NCBI GenBank assembly: GCA_963767925.1
Contig: CAVYGB010000010.1
Location: 576,001-640,000 of the forward strand
DNA from: an uncultured delta proteobacterium
GTDB lineage: Bacteria > Myxococcota_A > Polyangia > Fen-1088
Length of the DNA: 64,000 bases
Direction: 5' to 3'
Positions 52,622-64,000 of this stretch are shown here, piece after piece. The position numbers and the translations under genes were made by a program. The notes beneath the pieces were generated by a model. That model saw only the letters and a list, made by a program, of their open reading frames with translations. It searched no databases and was not told the origin of the DNA. Position 1 is the stretch's first letter, and the number at the start of each line of letters is the position of its first letter.

Positions 52622-53395
52622 CTATCCGAGGGGGCGCTTGAAGCGGGCGGCCAGGGCTTCGGTCTGGCGGGCCAGGATGGCGGCGTCGACCCCCACCGCC
52701 ACGAACAGCGCTCCCAGCTCGAGGTAGCGCCGCAGGCGGGCCTCGTCGGCGAAGAGGATCCCGGGGGCCTTGCCGGCCCGGCGGATGCGGGTGATGGCGT
52801 CCTCGATGGCCGCCTGCACCTCGGGGTGGCCGGGCTCCCCGACGTGTCCCATGTCGGCCGCGAGATCGGCCGGGCCCACGAAGATGCCGTCGACCCCGCT
52901 CACCTCGGCCATCGCCTCGATGCTGGCCAGCGCCTGGCGGGTCTCGACCTGCACGAGCACGCTGATCTCCTCGTGCGCCCGCCGGGCGTAGCCCGGGATC
53001 CGCCCGAAGCCCGAGGCGCGGGTCACGCCCGACACGCCCCGCTTCCCCTCCGGGGGATAGCGGGTGCTGGCCACCGCCTGGCGCGCCTCCTCGGCGTTCT
53101 GCACGTAGGGGATGAGCAGCGACTGCGCCCCGATGTCGAGCAGCCGCTTGATGAGCACGGTGTCGTTCCAGGCCGGCCGCACCACGGCGTGGCCCGGATA
53201 GGCCGCCGCCGCCTGGAGCTGCGACAGCACCATGTCGAGCTCGTTGGGCGAGTGCTCGGTGTCGATGAGCAGCCAGTCGAAGCCCGAGCCGGCCATCACC
53301 TCGACCGCTATCGGGCTGCTCAGGGTGCACCACAGGCCGATCTGGGGCCGGCCCTCGGCGAGCGCGCGTTTGAAGGGGTTGGCGGGCAGGTCCAT
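52622..53395 (-). CDS. HpcH/HpaI aldolase
   Basis: [39 protein letters not shown]. Confidence 0.92.
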   Translation of the reverse strand: MDLPANPFKRALAEGRPQIGLWCTLSSPIAVEVMAGSGFDWLLIDTEHSPNELDMVLSQLQAAAAYPGHAVVRPAWNDTVLIKRLLDIGAQSLLIPYVQNAEEARQAVASTRYPPEGKRGVSGVTRASGFGRIPGYARRAHEEISVLVQVETRQALASIEAMAEVSGVDGIFVGPADLAADMGHVGEPGHPEVQAAIEDAITRIRRAGKAPGILFADEARLRRYLELGALFVAVGVDAAILARQTEALAARFKRPLG

Positions 53396-53622
53396 GGGCG
53401 GTCCACCTTGGGCGAAAAGGTGCTTTTCCGGCAAGGGTCTCGGTTTCGGGCGCGTGACGCCGGGGGGTTCGGGCCACTAGAGAGAGCGGCGTGGACGGGA
53501 CCTTACCCGCCAGGCCTAGGTCATATCCACTCGAACGTGATGTGGGTTTCAATACTGTCGAAACCACTTGCCATCATGCGGCGGGTGCCATTTAGTAGCG
53601 CCAACTGGCAGCGAGGGTGAAG

Positions 53623-56382
53623 ATGAAAAAGGTGTGCTCTTCGTTCCCTGCTCTTGCGGGGATCGTGGTGGGGCTCTCGGGGATCCTGGCGACCAGCGCC
53701 GCTTTTGCCCAGGTCGCAGGCAGCATCACCGGCACGGTGATCGACCAGACCGGCAACCCGCTGGGCGGGGTGAAGATCACCGCCCGTTCGGACACCCAGA
53801 TCGGCGGGGTCAAGACGACCTATACGCAGAGCGACGGCACCTTCCGGTTGCCCAGCCTGCAGCCCGGCGCCTTCGAGGTGCGGGCCACCGCCGCCAACAT
53901 GCAGGACGTCTTGCAGCGGCAGGTGCAGGTCAGCATCACCGCCTCGACCGACGTCACCCTCATCATGGAGGTGAAGGGGGCCACCGAATCGGTGCAGGTC
54001 ATCGAGAAGGCGCCGGTGGTCAACACCACCGCGGCCAACGTGCGCACGGTCTACGACCTGGAGTTCGTCGAGGCGCTGCCCATCGACGGCCTCGCCACCA
54101 AGGTCGAGCCCTTCGTCAACTCCAACACCCCCGGCGCCGGCGCCGGCGGCGACCGCTTCCGCGGCGGCAGCAACCGCCAGAACCAGTTCATGGTCGAGGG
54201 CTTCACCATGGGCAACCAGCGGTACACCATGAAGTCGCTGGCCACCATCGAGGCCCAGACCGCCGCCTACGGCGCGGAGAACGCCGCCGCCCAGGGCGCC
54301 GTCATCAACATGGTGACCAAGTCCGGCTCGAACCGCTTCGAGTTCGACGTGAGCGCGTTCTACGAGGACAGCCGCCTGTCGCCCTTCCGGAGCAACTTCG
54401 ATCGGGTAGCGCCGGTGACCCGCCTCAACATCAACCCGGGCGTCTCGGGGCCGATCATCAAGGACAAGCTCTGGTATTACCTCAACGTCGAGCTCCGGAA
54501 CGAGGGGCGCTCCTGGGATCCCGATCCCGCCGGCTTCATGCCCACCCTCGACTCCGAGGAGACCTACACCGGCCGGGGCAGCTTCAAGCTGACCTGGCAG
54601 ATCAGCCCCCGGCACAAGCTCTCGAGCTTCTCCATGTACAACCGGGAGAGCTGGGCCAACATGAGCGACGGCAACTACGAGCGGGAGAACGCCGCCCTCT
54701 ACAACTCGCCCCGCATGAGCGCGTTCACCAGCTTGACCTGGGAGGCGCTGCTGGCCGACACCCTGTTTTACCGGGCCCAGGCCGGCCTGCAGGGCAACGA
54801 GTCCCAGTATTTCCCGGAGAACTGCAGCACCGACCCGGGCTGTCGCGATGTGGCCCCCGTCGAGCAGACCGTCCCCCGGGTGGTACGCGGGCAGAACTAC
54901 GAGCAGCTCCTGTTCGAGCAGTTTCGCTTCTTCGAGGTGATCAACACCCTGGAGTGGTTCCCCCGCTGGACCCGCTTCGGCTCGCACGACCTCAAGCTGG
55001 TCTCCCGCTACCTGCAGAAGACCGAGACCTTCAAGAACACCGTCCCCGGCGACCGGAAGGTCTTCCTCAACGGGGGCCGCTTCGAGCGCGAGCAGGAGTT
55101 CTTCGCCAACGACCCCCGCCTGGACAACGAGACCCGCCACGGCTACTTCATCCGGGCGGCGGCCGGGACCCTGGTCATCAACTCGCTGTCCGACTCGGTC
55201 CGCCTGGGGCGCTTCGTGACGGTCAACGCCGGCCTGGCCCTCACCACCACGGTGAGCGACACCAACGCGGCCAAGGGCGGCATCTACATGAACGCGGTGA
55301 CGCCGCACCTGTCGACGGTGTGGGACGTCAGCCAGGACGGCCGCACCGTCCTGCGCGGCAGCTTCGCCAACTACGTCGACGCCGACGCCGTCCGCATCTC
55401 GCGCTACGCCCTCGGCGAGCAGGTCTCGCGCGAGTGTCGCTGGGACGACGCCACCTCCACCTTCAGCCGGGACTGCGAATACCGGGGCGGCGCCAGCAAG
55501 GCCACCTTCGGCCTGCCCTGTGGCCCCCAGGGCTACTGGCCCGACGGCACCCCCTGCGCCCAGGAGCTGAAGCTGCCCCGCATGTGGGAGTACACCTTCG
55601 GCTTCGAGCGCGAGCTGGTGCCCGGCGTCAGCCTGGGCGGCGACCTGGTCTACCGGCGCTTCACCCGCCCCTACGAGCTGCAGGAGACCAACCGGATCTG
55701 GAACGGCGGCGGCTCGGCCCTCGCCACGGTGGGCGGCTACCGCAACGGCCGCCCCGAGCAGATCCAGGACATCGAGACGCCCGAGGGCGCCGGCCGGCGC
55801 TACAAGGGGGTCACCGCGGTGGTGCGCAAGCGCGAGGGGCGCTTCAAGATCCAGATGGGCTACACCTGGAGCAAGCTCGACGGCAACGTCGACAACGGCG
55901 GGGACAACAACCTGTACGGGGACATCCCCGGGCGCGACGTCTACCTGTGGGGCCCCCTGCAGGACGACCACCGCCACGACATCCGCGGCTCGATGGTCTA
56001 CTCGATGACCAACTGGCTGTCCTTCGGGTCGACCTACAGCTACACCTCGGGCGCGCCCTACAGCCGCATCTACCGCAACCAGATCACCGGCCGCTCGGAG
56101 GACCTGCGGGCCCGGGTGGGCGTCGATCCGGGGACCAACATCAACGACCCGACCGACGACCGCGAGCTGCGGCTGCCCGACATCCAGCGCCTCAACCTGC
56201 GCCTGGCCGCCAACCTCAAGCCGGTCCTCGATCACAACCTCGAGCTGTCGCTCGACTTCCTCAACGTCCTCAACCTGCGCACCACCACCGCCGTCATCAC
56301 CGACAACGGTCCCAGCTTCGGGGCGCCCCGCACCGTGCTGGCCGCGACCCTGCTGCGCCTGGGCGTGCGCTACCGCTACTAG
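53623..56382 (+). CDS. TonB-dependent transporter, paralog of 5994-8717
   Basis: Shares GVKITARS.TQIGG, TKSGSNRFE, SGPII.DKLW, ETNRIWN, PGTNINDPTDDRELRLPD; C-terminal GVRYRY. Confidence 0.88.
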   Translation: MKKVCSSFPALAGIVVGLSGILATSAAFAQVAGSITGTVIDQTGNPLGGVKITARSDTQIGGVKTTYTQSDGTFRLPSLQPGAFEVRATAANMQDVLQRQVQVSITASTDVTLIMEVKGATESVQVIEKAPVVNTTAANVRTVYDLEFVEALPIDGLATKVEPFVNSNTPGAGAGGDRFRGGSNRQNQFMVEGFTMGNQRYTMKSLATIEAQTAAYGAENAAAQGAVINMVTKSGSNRFEFDVSAFYEDSRLSPFRSNFDRVAPVTRLNINPGVSGPIIKDKLWYYLNVELRNEGRSWDPDPAGFMPTLDSEETYTGRGSFKLTWQISPRHKLSSFSMYNRESWANMSDGNYERENAALYNSPRMSAFTSLTWEALLADTLFYRAQAGLQGNESQYFPENCSTDPGCRDVAPVEQTVPRVVRGQNYEQLLFEQFRFFEVINTLEWFPRWTRFGSHDLKLVSRYLQKTETFKNTVPGDRKVFLNGGRFEREQEFFANDPRLDNETRHGYFIRAAAGTLVINSLSDSVRLGRFVTVNAGLALTTTVSDTNAAKGGIYMNAVTPHLSTVWDVSQDGRTVLRGSFANYVDADAVRISRYALGEQVSRECRWDDATSTFSRDCEYRGGASKATFGLPCGPQGYWPDGTPCAQELKLPRMWEYTFGFERELVPGVSLGGDLVYRRFTRPYELQETNRIWNGGGSALATVGGYRNGRPEQIQDIETPEGAGRRYKGVTAVVRKREGRFKIQMGYTWSKLDGNVDNGGDNNLYGDIPGRDVYLWGPLQDDHRHDIRGSMVYSMTNWLSFGSTYSYTSGAPYSRIYRNQITGRSEDLRARVGVDPGTNINDPTDDRELRLPDIQRLNLRLAANLKPVLDHNLELSLDFLNVLNLRTTTAVITDNGPSFGAPRTVLAATLLRLGVRYRY

Positions 56383-56452
56383 CAGCCCGAGCGCAGCGAG
56401 AGAACCCGGCTATTTTTCTGGAATAGTCTTTCAGCGCCCGGGAAGCTCGATG

Positions 56453-56488
56453 AGCCCACCGCGCCTCGGGGCGGTGGGCTTTGCATTT
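56453..56488 (+). terminator. Stem-loop, probable terminator after the TBDT gene
   Basis: AGCCCACCGC / GCGGTGGGCT perfect 10-bp stem followed by TTGCATTT. Confidence 0.55.
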
Positions 56489-56519
56489 CGGGCCCGTTTC
56501 GTGATTGGCTGCCGGCTCG

Positions 56520-57314
56520 ATGTCTACCCAAGCGAACAAATACCTCACTGATCTGTTCGGCCTCGGCGGCAAGGTCGCGGTCGTCATCGGAGGCACCGGC
56601 GAGCTGTGCGGCGCCATGGCCGAAGGGCTGGCCGGCGCCGGCGCCGAGGTGGTGCTGGTCGGCCGCAACCAGGAGAAGGCCCAGGCCCGCCTGGACCGGA
56701 TCGCCGCCGCCGGCGGCAAGGCCTGGTTCCACTCGGCCGAGGCCACGAGCAAGGCCCAGCTCCAGGGCCTGCTCGACGAGACGCTCCGGCGCAGCGGCCG
56801 GGTCGACATCGTCGTCAACGGGGCGGGGGTCAACTCGGCCACCCCCTTCTTCGACATCACCGAGGAGGAGTTCGAGCGCATCGTGCGGGTCAACCTGACG
56901 GGCGTGTTCCTCGGCTGCCAGGTCTTCGGCAAGTACCTCGTCGATCGGGGCGAGGGCGGCTCGGTCATCAACCTCGGCTCGATGTCCGGGGTGGTGCCGC
57001 TGTCGCGCGTGTTCACCTATTCCGCCACCAAGGGCGCCGTGCACAACCTGTCGCTCAACCTGGCGCGCGAGTGGGCGCCCCACAAGGTGCGGGTCAACGT
57101 GCTGGTGCCGGGCTTCTTCCCCGCCGAGCAGAACCGCAAGATCCTGTCGCCCGACCGGGTGACGAACATCATGGGGCACACCCCCATGAAGCGCTTCGGC
57201 GAGGCCCGCGAGCTGATCGGCGCCACCTTGCTGCTGGCGAGCGACGCCGCCGGCTCCTTCGTCACCGGCGAGGAGCTGATCGTCGACGGCGGCTACCACG
57301 CCATGACGATCTGA
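56520..57314 (+). CDS. SDR oxidoreductase (sugar-acid dehydrogenase-like)
   Basis: [28 protein letters not shown]. Confidence 0.9.
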   Translation: MSTQANKYLTDLFGLGGKVAVVIGGTGELCGAMAEGLAGAGAEVVLVGRNQEKAQARLDRIAAAGGKAWFHSAEATSKAQLQGLLDETLRRSGRVDIVVNGAGVNSATPFFDITEEEFERIVRVNLTGVFLGCQVFGKYLVDRGEGGSVINLGSMSGVVPLSRVFTYSATKGAVHNLSLNLAREWAPHKVRVNVLVPGFFPAEQNRKILSPDRVTNIMGHTPMKRFGEARELIGATLLLASDAAGSFVTGEELIVDGGYHAMTI

Positions 57315-57339
57315 GGGGCCGGGCGCGCCGGCCGGGCGG

Positions 57340-58662
<1,323 letters not shown>

Positions 58663-58854
58663 CGCGCCTACCATACCTCACCCCACCGACCCCTCGGCCC
58701 TCCCCCCATCGACCCCGGCGGCTGGGAAGGCCAGCGTGGAGCCAGCGGGTGGAGACCAGCGGTGGACAGTGACGGCGCGCCCCGACAGCCGGGCGGACAC
58801 GCAGCCTTTGACCGCAGGCCCGCCCGGGGCGAAGATGGGCAGCAGGAACAACCG

Positions 58855-59751
58855 ATGGCGCTGGCGTTCGCGCGCTGCCCGCATGGTCGTCGTCTCGCCG
58901 CCCGGATCGCGGTGGGGCTGGCCGCCGCCGTGGCCGCCGCCACCTCGATCGCCGGGCCCGCCGGGGCGGCCCCCGCCGCCGAGGCCGAGCGGCGCGCGTC
59001 GGCCGTCCTGCTGCTCGAGCGGCCCACCCGCCTGCAGGCCGAGACGATCATCGGCGAATACGTGCTGCGCTGGCGGGCCCCCGCGCGCGTGATCTCCGCC
59101 CGCCCCGATCGGGTCCTGATCGACCTCGGCGACGCGCTCGGCATCCTGCGGCCCAGCCCCGACCCCGTCGCCGCCTGGGTGGCGGACAAGGCGGTGCGGG
59201 CCTCCTGGCAGTGGGCGGGGGCGGCGGCCGTGTCGCGCCGGCACCGGGCGCATCTGCAGATCGAGGTGCGCAGCCCGCGCGCCGACGCCGTGGCCAACGC
59301 CCGCCGGCTGACCGATCTCGTGGGGGCGGTGATCGCCGCCCAGCCGGTCCTCGCCGTGCTCTGGACCGACGCCGGCATGTTGCTGTCGCCGACAAAGTTC
59401 CTGGTCGACAGCGAGGCCACCGGCGGCAGCGGCATCCCCACCGAGCTGTGGCTCAACGTCCTGCCCGCCGCCCTGTCGCCCCACCTGCCGGTCATGCACA
59501 CCATGGGGCTCGGTCCCCTCGGCTTCCGCGAGCTGATCCTGTTCGGCCACCGGGCGGGGCCCGAGCGGGCGCACGCCACCCTCCTGCAGGTGGCCGAGCA
59601 GGTGCTACAGAGCCGGCTGATCTTGCGTCCGGGCGACACCTTCAAGACCAGCGATCGGGAGACGCTCGTGGTGCAGGAGATCCCGGCCCCCTGGAACAGC
59701 GGGGAGGTGGCCCTGCAGCTCACCCCTCGCCCCGGCACCCGCCGCCGCTGA
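58855..59751 (+). CDS. Exported DUF4261-like protein
   Basis: Signal-like N-terminus; HRAHL, P.ELWLN, MHTMGL..LGFREL, PGDT pattern. Confidence 0.6.
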   Translation: MALAFARCPHGRRLAARIAVGLAAAVAAATSIAGPAGAAPAAEAERRASAVLLLERPTRLQAETIIGEYVLRWRAPARVISARPDRVLIDLGDALGILRPSPDPVAAWVADKAVRASWQWAGAAAVSRRHRAHLQIEVRSPRADAVANARRLTDLVGAVIAAQPVLAVLWTDAGMLLSPTKFLVDSEATGGSGIPTELWLNVLPAALSPHLPVMHTMGLGPLGFRELILFGHRAGPERAHATLLQVAEQVLQSRLILRPGDTFKTSDRETLVVQEIPAPWNSGEVALQLTPRPGTRRR

Positions 59752-59780
59752 CCGCCCCGCCCCGTGTTAGCGTCGGGGCC

Positions 59781-60563
59781 GTGCCCGCCGCCGGTCCCCC
59801 GCGGTTCATCACCATCGGCTTCAGCCACTTCTGCGAGAAGGCCCGCTGGGCGCTCGATCGCGCGGGCGTCGCCTACCGGGAGGAGAGCCACGTGCCGATC
59901 CTGTCCTGGCGGGCCACCCTGCGCAGCGGCGGGCGCCGGACAGTCCCCTGCCTCGTCACCGGCCAGGGGGTGAAGGCCGACTCGACCGACATCCTGCGCT
60001 GGGTGGATGGCCAGGGCGGCGCCCCGCCCCTCTTCCCCGAGGGCGGCAGCGCCGAGTTGCGCGCCGAGGTGGCCGCCTGGGAGGACGAGCTCGACCGCCG
60101 GCTGGGCCCCGCCACCCGGCGGATGGCCTATTTCCACCTGCTCGACCAGCCCGAGACATTGCGCCGCCTGCTGGTCTCGGCCGGCGGCGGCTGGGAGGCC
60201 CGCCTGGGCCGGATGGCCTTCCCTCTGCTGCGGGCGGTGATCGTGCGCGGCCTCCGCGTCACCCGCGAGGGGGTCGAGCGCTCCGAGAAGACGCTCGCGG
60301 AGCTGTTCGCGCGGGTCGAGGCCCGCCTGGCCGACGGCCGGCCCTACCTGTGCGGCGACCGCTTCACCGCCGCCGACCTGACCTTCGCCGCCCTCGCCTC
60401 CCCGGTGGTCCTGCCGCCGGCCTTCGCCGCGCGGATGCCGATCGACCCGCCCCCCGGCGTGCGCGCGCTCGTCGACCGCCTGCGGGCCCGGCCAGCGGGG
60501 GCCTTCGCCCTGCGCCTGTACGAGCGCGAGCGCGACGCCCGCCCCGGCGCGCGGGCGGCCTGA
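59781..60563 (+). CDS. Glutathione S-transferase family protein
   Basis: SHFCEKARWAL, TVPCL, DSTDI, YLCGDRFTAADLTFA. Confidence 0.88.
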   Translation: MPAAGPPRFITIGFSHFCEKARWALDRAGVAYREESHVPILSWRATLRSGGRRTVPCLVTGQGVKADSTDILRWVDGQGGAPPLFPEGGSAELRAEVAAWEDELDRRLGPATRRMAYFHLLDQPETLRRLLVSAGGGWEARLGRMAFPLLRAVIVRGLRVTREGVERSEKTLAELFARVEARLADGRPYLCGDRFTAADLTFAALASPVVLPPAFAARMPIDPPPGVRALVDRLRARPAGAFALRLYERERDARPGARAA

Positions 60564-60604
60564 GCGGCCTGGCCCGGGGGACGGGCTGGGATAGACTGGG
60601 GCCC

Positions 60605-61435
60605 ATGACCTCCGGCGCTCCGTCGCCTCCCGGGCCGGGCGCCCCGGTCCCGCCCCTGCGCCGGACCGACGCCGTCCGCTACGTGTTGCCCCTGCGCGAG
60701 GGCGGCTCGCTGCCCGCCCTGGTCGAGGCCGACGACAAGCAGGTGTACGTGCTCAAGTTCCGGGGGGCCGGCCAGGGGCCCAAGGCGCTGGTCGCGGAGC
60801 TGCTCGGGGGACAGCTCGGTCACGCCGCCGGGTTGCCGGTGCCCGAGCTGGTGCTCGTCGACGTGGAGGCCGCCCTCGGCAAGACCGAGCCCGACTTCGA
60901 GATCCAGGCGCTGGTCACGGCGAGCACGGGCCTCAACCTGGCGCTCGCCTACCTGCCGGGCTCGGTGATGTTCGACCCGGCGGCCAGCCCCGAGCCGGAC
61001 GGCCTGCTGGCCTCGAAGATCGTCTGGCTCGACGCCTTCCTCAGCAACGTCGACCGCACCGCCCGCAACCCGAACCTGTTGCTCTGGCGACGCGCAATCT
61101 GGCTGATCGATCACGGGGCCGCCCTCTACTGGCACCACGACTGGGACCCCGCCCGCGACCGCACCGCCGACCCCTTCCCGCTGGTGCGCGACCACGTGCT
61201 CCTGCGCTGGGCGGACCGGATCGCCGAGGCCGACGCCGACCTCACCGCCCGGCTCGACGACGCCGTCCTGGCCGCGGCGGTGGCGCAGCTCCCCGACGAA
61301 TGGCTGGCCGGCCAGCCCCCCTTCGCCACCACCGCCGAACACCGGGCCGGCTACCTCGCCTACCTGCGCCGGCGGCGCGACAGCTCGGCCGCGTTCGTGA
61401 AGGAGGCGATCGATGCCCGCGCGCGCCGCCTTTGA
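60605..61435 (+). CDS. HipA-like (HipA_2) kinase
   Basis: LREGGSLP, YVLKFRGAGQG..ALVAE, NVDRTARNPN, WLIDHG. Confidence 0.87.
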   Translation: MTSGAPSPPGPGAPVPPLRRTDAVRYVLPLREGGSLPALVEADDKQVYVLKFRGAGQGPKALVAELLGGQLGHAAGLPVPELVLVDVEAALGKTEPDFEIQALVTASTGLNLALAYLPGSVMFDPAASPEPDGLLASKIVWLDAFLSNVDRTARNPNLLLWRRAIWLIDHGAALYWHHDWDPARDRTADPFPLVRDHVLLRWADRIAEADADLTARLDDAVLAAAVAQLPDEWLAGQPPFATTAEHRAGYLAYLRRRRDSSAAFVKEAIDARARRL

Positions 61436-61808
61436 TTACGCCCTGATCCGGCTGGTGCCGCGGGTCGAGCGGGAGGAGTTCCTCAACGTCGGCGCGGTCG
61501 TCCACTGCCGCACCCGCCGGTTCCTCGCGGCCCGCATCGAGCTCGACCGCGACCGCCTGCGGGCCCTGAGCAGCGGCCAGCTCGACCTCGACCTCATCGA
61601 GCAGCACCTGCGATCCATCCCCGCGGTCTGCGCCGGCGACCCGGCCGCCGGCCCGGTGGCGGCCCTGCCGATGCCCGAGCGGTTCCACTGGCTGGTCTCC
61701 CCGCGCAGCACGGTGGTGCAGACCTCGCCCGTGCACAGCGGCCTCACCGAGGACCCCGCCGCCGCGCTGGATCACCTGGTTCGCACGATGGTCCGCGCGC
61801 CCGCCTGA
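61413..61808 (+). CDS. DUF3037 domain protein
   Basis: YALIRLVPRVEREEFLNVG, ERFHWLVSPRSTVVQTSPVHSG; overlaps the kinase gene by 23 nt. Confidence 0.88.
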   Translation: MPARAAFDYALIRLVPRVEREEFLNVGAVVHCRTRRFLAARIELDRDRLRALSSGQLDLDLIEQHLRSIPAVCAGDPAAGPVAALPMPERFHWLVSPRSTVVQTSPVHSGLTEDPAAALDHLVRTMVRAPA

Positions 61809-62033
61809 GGTGGCGTTCGCTCCGGCGGCTCGGCCGCTGCCGGTCAGGGATCGGCGCCCGTCCGGGCCGCCCGGTCGCCTCCGGCGTCGCGGGACGCCAG
61901 AAAAATCCTTGGCAGTCCCGACCTGTGTGGGCCTGGACCTGCCGCTCACCGCGACCTACCTTGAGCGTCACTCGGAGCCAGGTCCCACCCCGACCGCCAG
62001 CAACCCGGCAACCGCGTCAGATCCGGAGGACAC

Positions 62034-62513
62034 ATGTCAGAAGCCGCCCGTTCGTTCTGCCAGCTCGACCTGACCCCCGTTCTGGAAGACACCGCCACCG
62101 CGAGCTGGACGCTCGCGCTCCGAGAGCACACCTCACGCTGCGCCTGCTGCGCCCTCCGCCTCGGCGCCATCGAGCGCCTGCAGGTCCACATGCGCGCGCC
62201 GCTCGAGCGGCCCACCGCCGTGATGAACCACAGCCGCCGCCGCCGGCGCTCGGGCAAGCTGGTGCGGGTGGTGCTCGGACCGGTCGAGCGGACGGCCGCG
62301 CTGGCGGCGATGGCCCTGGTGGCCGCCTTCCTCGCCCTGGCGGTCGGGCGTGGCGTTGGGATGGCCTCCCAGACGATGTTGCGGATCCCCGGCGGCCTCC
62401 ACAGCGACGGTCCGACGATCGTGGTGGCCGCCCGGGCCGCCGAATCGAACGCCCGCCTGCTCGCCGGCAGCGGCAGCCCGTTCCCGCTCAGCCTGATGCC
62501 GCCCGTGCAGTAG
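62034..62513 (+). CDS. Hypothetical membrane protein with HxxxCxxC motif (orphan anti-sigma-like)
   Basis: GGAGG SD; C...HTSRCACC, one TM helix. Confidence 0.55.
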   Translation: MSEAARSFCQLDLTPVLEDTATASWTLALREHTSRCACCALRLGAIERLQVHMRAPLERPTAVMNHSRRRRRSGKLVRVVLGPVERTAALAAMALVAAFLALAVGRGVGMASQTMLRIPGGLHSDGPTIVVAARAAESNARLLAGSGSPFPLSLMPPVQ

Positions 62514-62659
62514 CGCCCCCGCCAGCCGGCGGGTCGCGCGCTCACGCCGGCGGAGGTGATCCCCGCCGACCGCCTGTACCCCGCCTGCCTGGAAGGGGCC
62601 TGCCCCGCGGTCCTGCCTGCTCGCGGGCGAATGTGTCGTGCCGCCCTGAGCGGTCGGGC

Positions 62660-64000
62660 TCAGCGCTGGACGCGGAACTGCACGTCGGTGAGGGCGCCCA
62701 GGCAGGCGGGCGCCGGCTTCTGGCCGGGGGCGTCGAGGAAGGGGGCCAGCAGGGCGCTGCCGCAGGGGGTGGGGAAGACGCCGTGGGAGACGCCCTTGAG
62801 CTCGAAGTAGTGGCCAGCGGGCAAGGTGCGCGCGGCGCGCTCGGCCCAGCTCGGGGGGGTGGCTGGATCCAGCGACCCGGCCAGCACGAGCGCCTCGATG
62901 CCGCTGGTCACCGGCTCGGTGATGGCGGCGGGTGAGGGGCGGACGTTCCAGATGCGGCAGTTCTCGAGGTAGCCCAGGGAGGCGCGCAGGAGGGGGCCCC
63001 GCAGCTCGGCCCCGAGGGCGGCGCCGCCCATGTCGATGGCCCCGCGCGAGGTGAACGGCAGGTAGTCGGCGCACATGACCGACAGGTGCAGGCCCATCGC
63101 CACCCCCCCGCCGGCCCCGCCGCCCGCCATCGACTGCACGAGCTGCAGGAGCAGCCGTTCGACGACGGTGTAGGTCTTGTCCCGAGCCTGGAAGACGATC
63201 TCGGGCAGCTCGGCGACGGTGGCGGGCGCGCGCAGGAGCAGCAGCGAGAGCTGCAGGAAAGTCTCGCCGTTGAGGGGGAGCAGGCCCCCCAGCAGGCGGG
63301 CCGGCTCCGCGTTCAGGCTGCCCACCACCTCGACGTAGACCCGGCCGAGGTCGGGATAGGCCTGCGCGCAGGCGGGCTGGGCGGCGCAGCCGGAGAAGAC
63401 CGCGTCGAGGACCCGCATGTTGTTCGGGCCGGCCTCTCCCAGCAGGTCGACGTCGGGCGGGTTGACCGAGTCGAGCAGGAGGGTGCGCAGCCCGGCCGGA
63501 TACCGCCGGGCCACCTCGAGGGCCAGCCGGGTGCCGTACGAGCCGCCCAGCAGGTTCCACTGCTGGTAGCCGAGGGCGCGGCGGACCTCCTCGACGTCCT
63601 CGGCGGCGGAGGCCGTCGTGTACTGGTTCAGGTCGACGCCGGCGGCGACCAGGCGCGCCCGGCACTGCCCCAGCGGGGTGGCGTTGATGTCCACGACCAT
63701 GCCCATCGGGGGCGGCATCATCCCCGGGGCGTTCGCCTCGGGACAGTCGAGCAACGGCAGCGACCGGCCGGTGCCGCGCTGATCGATCGACAGCACGTCG
63801 CGCCGGGCCAGGACGGCGGCGAGCGGGCCGGCGGGCATGCGGGTGAGCGCCACCGTGAAGTCGGTCCCGCCACCGCCCGGTCCCCCCTGCAGGAAGACCA
63901 GCGGGTCGGGGGCCGGGGTGGGGCTGTCGCTCTTGACGATCACGACCGCCAGTTCCACCCGGCGGGTCGAGCTGCCGTCACGGGCCTCGGGCACGCTGAC
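62660..64000 (-). CDS. TAP-like alpha/beta-hydrolase peptidase (5' end outside window)
   Basis: LQGGPGG, DQRGTG, GGSYG, GSLDPATP, SHG. Confidence 0.87.
   Translation of the reverse strand, partial: VSVPEARDGSSTRRVELAVVIVKSDSPTPAPDPLVFLQGGPGGGGTDFTVALTRMPAGPLAAVLARRDVLSIDQRGTGRSLPLLDCPEANAPGMMPPPMGMVVDINATPLGQCRARLVAAGVDLNQYTTASAAEDVEEVRRALGYQQWNLLGGSYGTRLALEVARRYPAGLRTLLLDSVNPPDVDLLGEAGPNNMRVLDAVFSGCAAQPACAQAYPDLGRVYVEVVGSLNAEPARLLGGLLPLNGETFLQLSLLLLRAPATVAELPEIVFQARDKTYTVVERLLLQLVQSMAGGGAGGGVAMGLHLSVMCADYLPFTSRGAIDMGGAALGAELRGPLLRASLGYLENCRIWNVRPSPAAITEPVTSGIEALVLAGSLDPATPPSWAERAARTLPAGHYFELKGVSHGVFPTPCGSALLAPFLDAPGQKPAPACLGALTDVQFRVQR

Noticed and set aside
52580..52625. GTTCGAACCCCGG resembling a tRNA T-arm
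   Set aside because: No D-arm, anticodon arm or acceptor stem can be built; more likely a hairpin between convergent genes
53400..53620. Cobalamin or other riboswitch upstream of the TBDT gene
   Set aside because: Only a GCCACT fragment; the other conserved B12-element blocks are not visible
61883..61906. Hairpin GGCGTC-GCGG-GACGCC followed by an A-run as a terminator
   Set aside because: The U-tract is on the wrong side of the hairpin for either strand

Overview
Very GC-rich bacterial chromosomal segment, most consistent with Myxococcota: it has an oar-mlpA-tonB locus, an FHA-sigma54 activator, a myxobacterial-type LexA box and many lipoproteins with Pro/Gly-rich linkers. It holds about 50 CDSs. 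Signalling: end of a chemosensory cluster (CheB plus hybrid kinases), an ECF sigma/anti-sigma/DUF4097 cassette, and a HipA-like kinase/DUF3037 pair. Envelope and export: three TonB-dependent transporters, an L,D-transpeptidase, a CotH-PA14 lipoprotein, a sigma54-preceded cytochrome c lipoprotein, Tat-signal TldD plus TldE, and several exported hydrolases. Metabolism and transport: LysR-sdhCAB, a glpSTPQUV-type glycerol ABC transporter, glgC, IDH and HpcH aldolase. I found no rRNA, tRNA, CRISPR array, transposase or integrase. Best leads: a 115-aa protein resembling sigma70 region 1.1 fused to region 3; a LexA-boxed stand-alone YprB/MrfB-like exonuclease; a lipoprotein MBL hydrolase whose signal peptide needs a +1 frameshift; a REP-like repeat family and inverted-repeat-bounded G-rich elements; and recurrent leaderless promoter geometry. 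All calls come from motif recognition by eye; no searches were run.
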